NCBI GenBank assembly: GCA_051439465.1
Contig: JBFRWF010000106.1
Location: 1,582 to 65,581 of the forward strand
Length of the DNA stretch: 64,000 bases
Origin: Xenococcaceae cyanobacterium
GTDB lineage: Bacteria > Cyanobacteriota > Cyanobacteriia > Cyanobacteriales > JBFRWF01
Direction of reading: 5' to 3'
The notes under the pieces are model-generated. The model did no database searches and was not told the DNA's origin. It saw nothing but the letters and a program-made list of their open reading frames with translations. The translations under genes were made by a program, and so were the position numbers. Positions 58,847 through 64,000 of the stretch are shown here, piece by piece. The stretch's first letter is position 1; the number at the start of each line of letters is the position of its first letter.

Positions 58847-60667
58847 TCAGTTCGTTATTGCAGGAAGCACCTGAGCCATCTGTTGAAAATCGCGATTGCG
58901 TTGACATAATTCATCATAAGTTCCCCAATCCACAATCTTTCCTTGATTCATAAAGTAAAGGCGATCGCAATTCTTCACCGTACTCAAGCGGTGAGCAATC
59001 ATAATCAGCGTTTTCTCCCCACTCAGTTTTTCCACCGCTTGCATAACCTCAGCTTCAGTCTGATTATCCAAAGCTGCCGTTGCCTCATCCATCACCAATA
59101 CCTGTGGATTATGATACAACGCCCTGGCAATGCCCACCCGTTGCCGCTGCCCTCCCGACAGCCTCACCCCGCGTTCACCCACCAACGTATCCAACCCTTG
59201 GGGTAAACTTTCTACTAACTCAGTCAACTGTGCTGATTGAACTGCAGACTCAATCCAATCTTCCTTAATCTCCTCTTCTGGAATCCCAAACGCAATATTA
59301 TTTCTCAGAGTATCATCACACAAATAAATGCTTTGAGGAATATAACCAATCAAACGCTGCCAAGAGGATAAATCCTGATAAATATCATGACCATCGACTA
59401 AAACTTGCCCCTGAGTCGGAGCCAATAAACCCAAAATCACATCTACAATTGTCGTCTTGCCTGCCCCTGAAGCCCCCACAAACCCAACGGACTTTCCTTT
59501 GGGAATCATCAGAGAAACCCCCTTGAGAGAATTATCACTAGCTCCAGGATAACGATAGAAAACATTCCGTAACTCGATGGCGGTTTTCAGAACAGGCGTC
59601 TTGTCAGCTATTTTGCGGGAATTAGCTGATCTAGAATTCTCTAGAAGAGGTTTTAGTTCAATCAAGTCATGGTATATGACATGAAGCGAATGAGAACTAA
59701 AACGCATTAACGTCACTGAATTCAAAATCCGATTAATCGACGGCATCAATCGAAAAGTCGCTACCGCAAATAAAGAAAGTGTGGGGAGTATCGCACTTAA
59801 ATTTCTGCCTTGCGCCAGAACTGACACGAGAATTAACATCAACCCGACGATGGCGATGGACTCAATAAAAAATCGGGGCAGTTGCCTAACAATATGAGAA
59901 AACTGTACGGCACGAGTAGAAGAAATATTATGGCTTTGATACTCATCAAGAAACAATTGCTCTCGTCCTAAAACCTTCGCTTCTTTCACCCCTCCCAAGC
60001 CTTGATTAATCGTCTGAATTAGCTGTCCATCGTGATATTGTCGAGCCTTGCCCCACTCACTTAACTTAAGGCGGATAATCCGATAAAAGCTAATCGTTGC
60101 CAGACTAATTCCTCCTGCGGCTGCGAGAGAAGTCAGAGGTTCTAGAACCAATAAAAGTAAACCTAGGCAAACAAGAATTGTCATTTCCGTGACAACCAAT
60201 AATCCAGGAATTAAAACACTATTAAAAAAAACAGGAGTTTCAGATGTTAAATTAAGAATTAGTTCTGCGGTGTTGCGCTGTAAGTGAAAGTAATAAGGAC
60301 TGTAGATATAGGATCGAAAAAGTCGAGAACACAATTCAACTTGCTTATCATAAATAAAGCGGCACTGTAAATAGTTGAGTCCTGTCAAATACGCATTTTT
60401 AATTAAAAAAATCCCAATAAACCCCAAGCCAGCCCAGATTAAAAACTGACGGGGTGCTGGTTCGCCAACCGCTTGATAAACCCATCCCAGAATTCCCTCT
60501 TGTTGAACCAGTTGAGGATTTTCTAGGAGGTAGATAAAGGGAAGAACTAAGCCAACTCCCAAAGTCTCAAAGCCAGCACCAATCAGAATCAGGAGAAAAA
60601 GCCCTGCGATTTGCCACCTTTCTCTAGTTGTGAATAAATACAGTAACTTCTGGAAAAATTTCATCAA
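58847..60667 (-). CDS. ABC exporter, fused TMD-NBD (PglK/MsbA-like glycan flippase)
   Basis: N-terminal TM segments, GASGAGKT, LSGGQRQR, DEATAALD, IAHRL. Confidence 0.92.
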   Translation of the reverse strand: MMKFFQKLLYLFTTRERWQIAGLFLLILIGAGFETLGVGLVLPFIYLLENPQLVQQEGILGWVYQAVGEPAPRQFLIWAGLGFIGIFLIKNAYLTGLNYLQCRFIYDKQVELCSRLFRSYIYSPYYFHLQRNTAELILNLTSETPVFFNSVLIPGLLVVTEMTILVCLGLLLLVLEPLTSLAAAGGISLATISFYRIIRLKLSEWGKARQYHDGQLIQTINQGLGGVKEAKVLGREQLFLDEYQSHNISSTRAVQFSHIVRQLPRFFIESIAIVGLMLILVSVLAQGRNLSAILPTLSLFAVATFRLMPSINRILNSVTLMRFSSHSLHVIYHDLIELKPLLENSRSANSRKIADKTPVLKTAIELRNVFYRYPGASDNSLKGVSLMIPKGKSVGFVGASGAGKTTIVDVILGLLAPTQGQVLVDGHDIYQDLSSWQRLIGYIPQSIYLCDDTLRNNIAFGIPEEEIKEDWIESAVQSAQLTELVESLPQGLDTLVGERGVRLSGGQRQRVGIARALYHNPQVLVMDEATAALDNQTEAEVMQAVEKLSGEKTLIMIAHRLSTVKNCDRLYFMNQGKIVDWGTYDELCQRNRDFQQMAQVLPAITN

Positions 60668-60769
60668 TTAATCTGACTCTTGGTTATCTGCTTAAGACTA
60701 TCACAGCAAGAACAAGTGGCTCAATGACGTCAATTTACCTTGTCTCCTAGAAATAATGCTTTCAAAACT

Positions 60770-60970
60770 GGCTCTCCTGGATCTGTGGTAGGGGGCCGCC
60801 CATTTTTAACGAAAAGACAAGGGTTTCGGGGCTCATGCCCCAATTATTTGGTATCGTCTGTAACTTTTCCACCGCTTCTAAAAACTTAGGTTATGGAAAG
60901 TGATATTTAGATTAGCAAATATTATCCAAAATCACAAGCAACTGCTAAAAGCCCTAGATCCAGGAGAGCC
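60770..60970. mobile_element. ISL3-type MITE
   Basis: 15-bp perfect TIRs GGCTCTCCTGGATCT / AGATCCAGGAGAGCC; perfect 8-bp TSD TCAAAACT (60762-60769, 60971-60978). Confidence 0.88.
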
Positions 60971-61011
60971 TCAAAACTTTAATCATTAAATCTATATTTC
61001 TGCATTCCATC

Positions 61012-61839
61012 TCAGGCCAAATCGGCAAGCTCAACCAGATACAGCAACTTCACCCGCAAAATTGCAGCTTGCAACGTATCCAGGCGTGAATAGTATCCCA
61101 AAACCTCATTGTGATACTTCTTTTTCGCCCCATGCACTCGCAACATTCTGGCAACTTCCGCCACTTGGTCATCATTGGTAACAACCATACAGCCATCCCC
61201 ATAAGCTCCCAAATTTTTGGAAGGAAAAAAGGAATAGGCACCTACATCCCCGATCGCCCCCGTAAATTTCCCTCGCAGTGCCTCCTGCGTGCTTTCCTGA
61301 CAATGACTATTACAAAAAGAACAAGTTCCCCAATACTTTGCCCCAAAAGATTGAGCGCAGTCTTCAATCACCTTCAAACCATGCTCCTGAGCAATCTCCA
61401 TAATTTGCGCCATTGCTGCGGGCTGCCCATAGAGGTGAACGGGCATAATTGCCTTAGTACGAGGTGTTATTCTCCCTTTAATCGCCTCTGGGTCTATGTT
61501 GTAACTTTTGGGATCAATGTCGGCAAATACTGGCTTTGCTCCCACATTACTAATAGATTCAGCAGTGGCAAAAAAAGAAAAGGGACTGGTAATCACCTCA
61601 TCCCCTTCCCCAATACCTAGCGCCCTCAGACCAATTACCAGGGCGTCGGTGCCAGAATTGACCCCAATGGCGTGTTTCGCCCCCAGGTACGCCGCCACCT
61701 CCTGCTCAAACAGCTTTACATCCGGTCCCATAATGAACTGACCAGATTCCAGGACGCGGGCGATCGCCTCCTGAATTTCTTCTTTGAGAGCCTTATATTG
61801 AGGTTTTAAGTCTAGAACCGGGATTTTAATCTGACTCAT
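61012..61839 (-). pseudogene. DegT aminotransferase missing its C-terminal domain
   Basis: NSGTDAL, EDCAQ, SFFPSKNLG present; ends just after SRLDTLQAAILRVKL at ~275 aa, versus 366-374 aa for the two paralogs in this window. Confidence 0.75.
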
Positions 61840-61999
61840 TTTGCCTGTTTCTACAAAAACTCCCCAAAAACTACCACAGTCTCTCGGACTCTGCCAAGAT
61901 TGATTCACCTTTTAACCTGTAAATAATTGTACAGCAACTGTAATTTACTGGTAAGGCATCGGTGACACCCCCCGAATCTTTATCCGTATGTCTATAGCT

Positions 62000-62203
62000 T
62001 TACGACTCACTTTGGTTTAACTTAGATTTAAAAAGGGCTTCGACTTCCTCATAAGGCATATCGTAGGGATAGGGATAAACCTTAGTATTAGGATTGCGGC
62101 GGTTAATGAATAATTCTCTGATAGCTTCATCATCAGTTGGATGAGCCAAGATATATTTTTTCAATTCCTTGCGGGTCATTTGTTTAAAATCAGGTTTCGT
62201 CAT
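62000..62203 (-). CDS. DUF6887-like small protein
   Basis: MTKPDFKQMTRKELKKYILAHPTDDEA pattern; overlaps its upstream partner. Confidence 0.7.
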   Translation of the reverse strand: MTKPDFKQMTRKELKKYILAHPTDDEAIRELFINRRNPNTKVYPYPYDMPYEEVEALFKSKLNQSES

Positions 62204-62384
62204 CTTGGTAAAACTCCCAGTTCCCGTTTTCATAAATGGTGATTTCTAAGCTTTCCTCTCTCCCAGCAACTAAGAAGATATATTTGTGGAGAGTATCGTA
62301 TCTGAACAACCAAATTGGTTGCAATAGATTAGAAAGTAGTTGACACACAAATATGACAGTATCTTTTTGCTTGTCAGTAGGCAA
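62190..62384 (-). CDS. DUF6888-like small protein
   Basis: MPT.KQ....FVCQLLSN..QPI.LFRYD pattern; paired with the DUF6887-like gene. Confidence 0.7.
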   Translation of the reverse strand: MPTDKQKDTVIFVCQLLSNLLQPIWLFRYDTLHKYIFLVAGREESLEITIYENGNWEFYQDDET

Positions 62385-62426
62385 TGACTTACCGTTTCCT
62401 TTTTCAGACTAAGTTGGCTGACTAAT

Positions 62427-62470
62427 GTGACGTACCCACACTTGCCCGTTAGGGAAGTGTGGGCTTCTGG
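62427..62470 (-). ncRNA. IS200/IS605 right-end hairpin / 3' end of the TnpB reRNA scaffold
   Basis: CCCACACTT-CCCTAACGGGC-AAGTGTGGG stem followed by TACGTCAC (TCAC end at 62427). Confidence 0.7.
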
Positions 62471-63960
62471 CATTCACTCAGAACTACCAAAATTTCCTTC
62501 AGGGTACTGTCGGTTTCCGTAGCTTTTATAACCAGATTCTCCTTACGGCGATTTATCGTCGGGAAAACGCCCAACACGACCCTTTTTATATTGATTGCCG
62601 CGTTGATATCTCTATCAATTATCAGCAATAATTCCCGATCAAACCATTCCCTAATACTGCAATCGGTAAACACAAACTCATCCCTGTAACAAAGTAGTTG
62701 GGATGTGTAATCTGGTTTGACCTTAACAACCCTAGCCCCAGCTTTCCAGGCTTTGTCTTCTAGGATTGTCAAGAATTGACCGAAGGCAGCATCGAGCCAG
62801 GATTTGTTCAATCCGGACTTGGCACTTTGTCCATTGGGTAGATATTTTCCATTTTCATCTTGTTTGCTTTTATTTCTTTTAGTTAAGGACTTTAAATCTA
62901 AGTCTTCTACAAAGAAAACTTTCTTTCCCGTAGCAATCAGTGCTTTGGCAGTGTTGTAGGCATGATCTTTCCTAGCCCTGGCGATGCGCTGATGTTCCCT
63001 GGCTTCTCGCTTGGCTAGGAGTCGCCTCCCCTTGTCACCGCGTTTTCTAGCTGACTTGCGCCGAGATACTTTTGCTAATCTGCTCTGTGACTTGCGAAAT
63101 GATTTTAACGATGGTAATTTAGTCCCTTCTGAAGTAGCTAAATAGTCATCCTCATGCAAAACCGCATCTAACCCTATTGAGTTTTCCCAAGTTGGGGTTA
63201 CGTCATCAGGATTAAAAACTGGTACCGTTGGGTCTTCTAAACAGAGAGTTGCGTACCAACCATCAGCTTTTTTAGTTAATAATACATTTTTGAGGGTAAA
63301 GCTTTCTGGTAAAGGACGGTGCCGGCGGATTTTTAGCCAACCCTTGAGCTTAGATATACAGATAAAGAACCAATCTTTTTCAATTCGTTCAATATCTACT
63401 GCTTGTCCTTCAATCTTGAGAGTCCGATAACTTTTTTCATTTTTGAAGCGAGGCTTACCACTTCGTTTTCCCTTTGCATCACCCTGTATATAGCGTTTGA
63501 AGGCCCTATCAGCCCTTTGAGTTACATCCTGCAAAGTCTGTGAGGGTAAACCGAAGAAATCCAGTAGTTCACCAGAATGTCCTACTTTGATTAAATCTTT
63601 CTTTTTAATCGGTAAGAGTTTTTTCTGAGAGTAAAAATCGGGATTATCTCTAGGCGCTAGTGGTGGGAGACTGCACGTTAACGGACAATAGGGAGCCTCA
63701 ACTGATAAAGTGGGTTGCTTCCGCTTTTTCGGTTTTCCCGACTCTTTGTCCTTTTCTAGAGCCTTGTATAGCTTGAAATTTTCTTGATAGTCACTTTGCC
63801 AGATACCTACAGGTAGGGTTTCGTTCCTGGATTGTTCCCACCACTGAAAGCGGTCGCCCAACTGCCAGTTGTACCAATACTGTGCTACACGCCGCCAGGA
63901 GTTAAGTTCTAACTTCTGAGCGGTGTCTGGGTATGCTCGATACTGGTAGTTAAGTATCAT
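62449..63960 (-). CDS. tnpB: IS200/IS605 RNA-guided endonuclease TnpB
   Basis: YQYRAYP HTH start, GKPRFK, RuvC I IGLD, RuvC II VEDL, RuvC III DRDINAAINI. Confidence 0.92.
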   Translation of the reverse strand: MILNYQYRAYPDTAQKLELNSWRRVAQYWYNWQLGDRFQWWEQSRNETLPVGIWQSDYQENFKLYKALEKDKESGKPKKRKQPTLSVEAPYCPLTCSLPPLAPRDNPDFYSQKKLLPIKKKDLIKVGHSGELLDFFGLPSQTLQDVTQRADRAFKRYIQGDAKGKRSGKPRFKNEKSYRTLKIEGQAVDIERIEKDWFFICISKLKGWLKIRRHRPLPESFTLKNVLLTKKADGWYATLCLEDPTVPVFNPDDVTPTWENSIGLDAVLHEDDYLATSEGTKLPSLKSFRKSQSRLAKVSRRKSARKRGDKGRRLLAKREAREHQRIARARKDHAYNTAKALIATGKKVFFVEDLDLKSLTKRNKSKQDENGKYLPNGQSAKSGLNKSWLDAAFGQFLTILEDKAWKAGARVVKVKPDYTSQLLCYRDEFVFTDCSIREWFDRELLLIIDRDINAAINIKRVVLGVFPTINRRKENLVIKATETDSTLKEILVVLSECQKPTLP

Positions 63961-64000
63961 TCTGTGCTAAATAATTGTCTCTGTTTCTCAGAAAAGCGCG

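Overview
Cyanobacterial DNA (frequent HIP1 octamers GCGATCGC, STRR-like heptamers, a DUF6887/DUF6888-type pair). About 61 kb is one co-directional, minus-strand surface-glycan locus, transcribed from ~61.8 kb toward position 1. It is a mosaic of modules. (1) A PglK/MsbA-like exporter, then a heptose-activation set (gmhB, gmhA, domain-reversed HldE, HddC-like) interleaved with two SDRs, two DegT aminotransferases, a TPP E1 alpha/beta pair, a radical SAM protein and TIGR04372-like transferases. (2) A legionaminic acid-type pathway (legB, legC, neuC, neuB, neuD, ptmE/F/B/A-like) carrying a wbuXYZ-type amidotransferase cassette. (3) wecC, a bi-domain oxidoreductase, asnB and a nonsense-broken wzm. 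(4) A dehydrogenase/epimerase/C-methyltransferase set. (5) A second nonulosonic acid pathway (neuB, formyltransferase, deacetylase, neuC, methyltransferase, neuA). Non-coding features read directly from the sequence: a 913-nt ORF-less group II intron in the last sense codon of a nucleotide-sugar dehydrogenase, with intact EBS1/IBS1 pairing; a cassette bounded by HIP1 sites at the same codon of two ptmE 5' ends; MITEs of several IS families (two with 8-bp TSDs, plus a nested set); a HEARO/omegaRNA-like remnant beside a truncated IS110; several deletion-scar pseudogenes; and a large zinc-ribbon-less TnpB with its right-end hairpin. Product calls come from motif recognition only; no database search was run.
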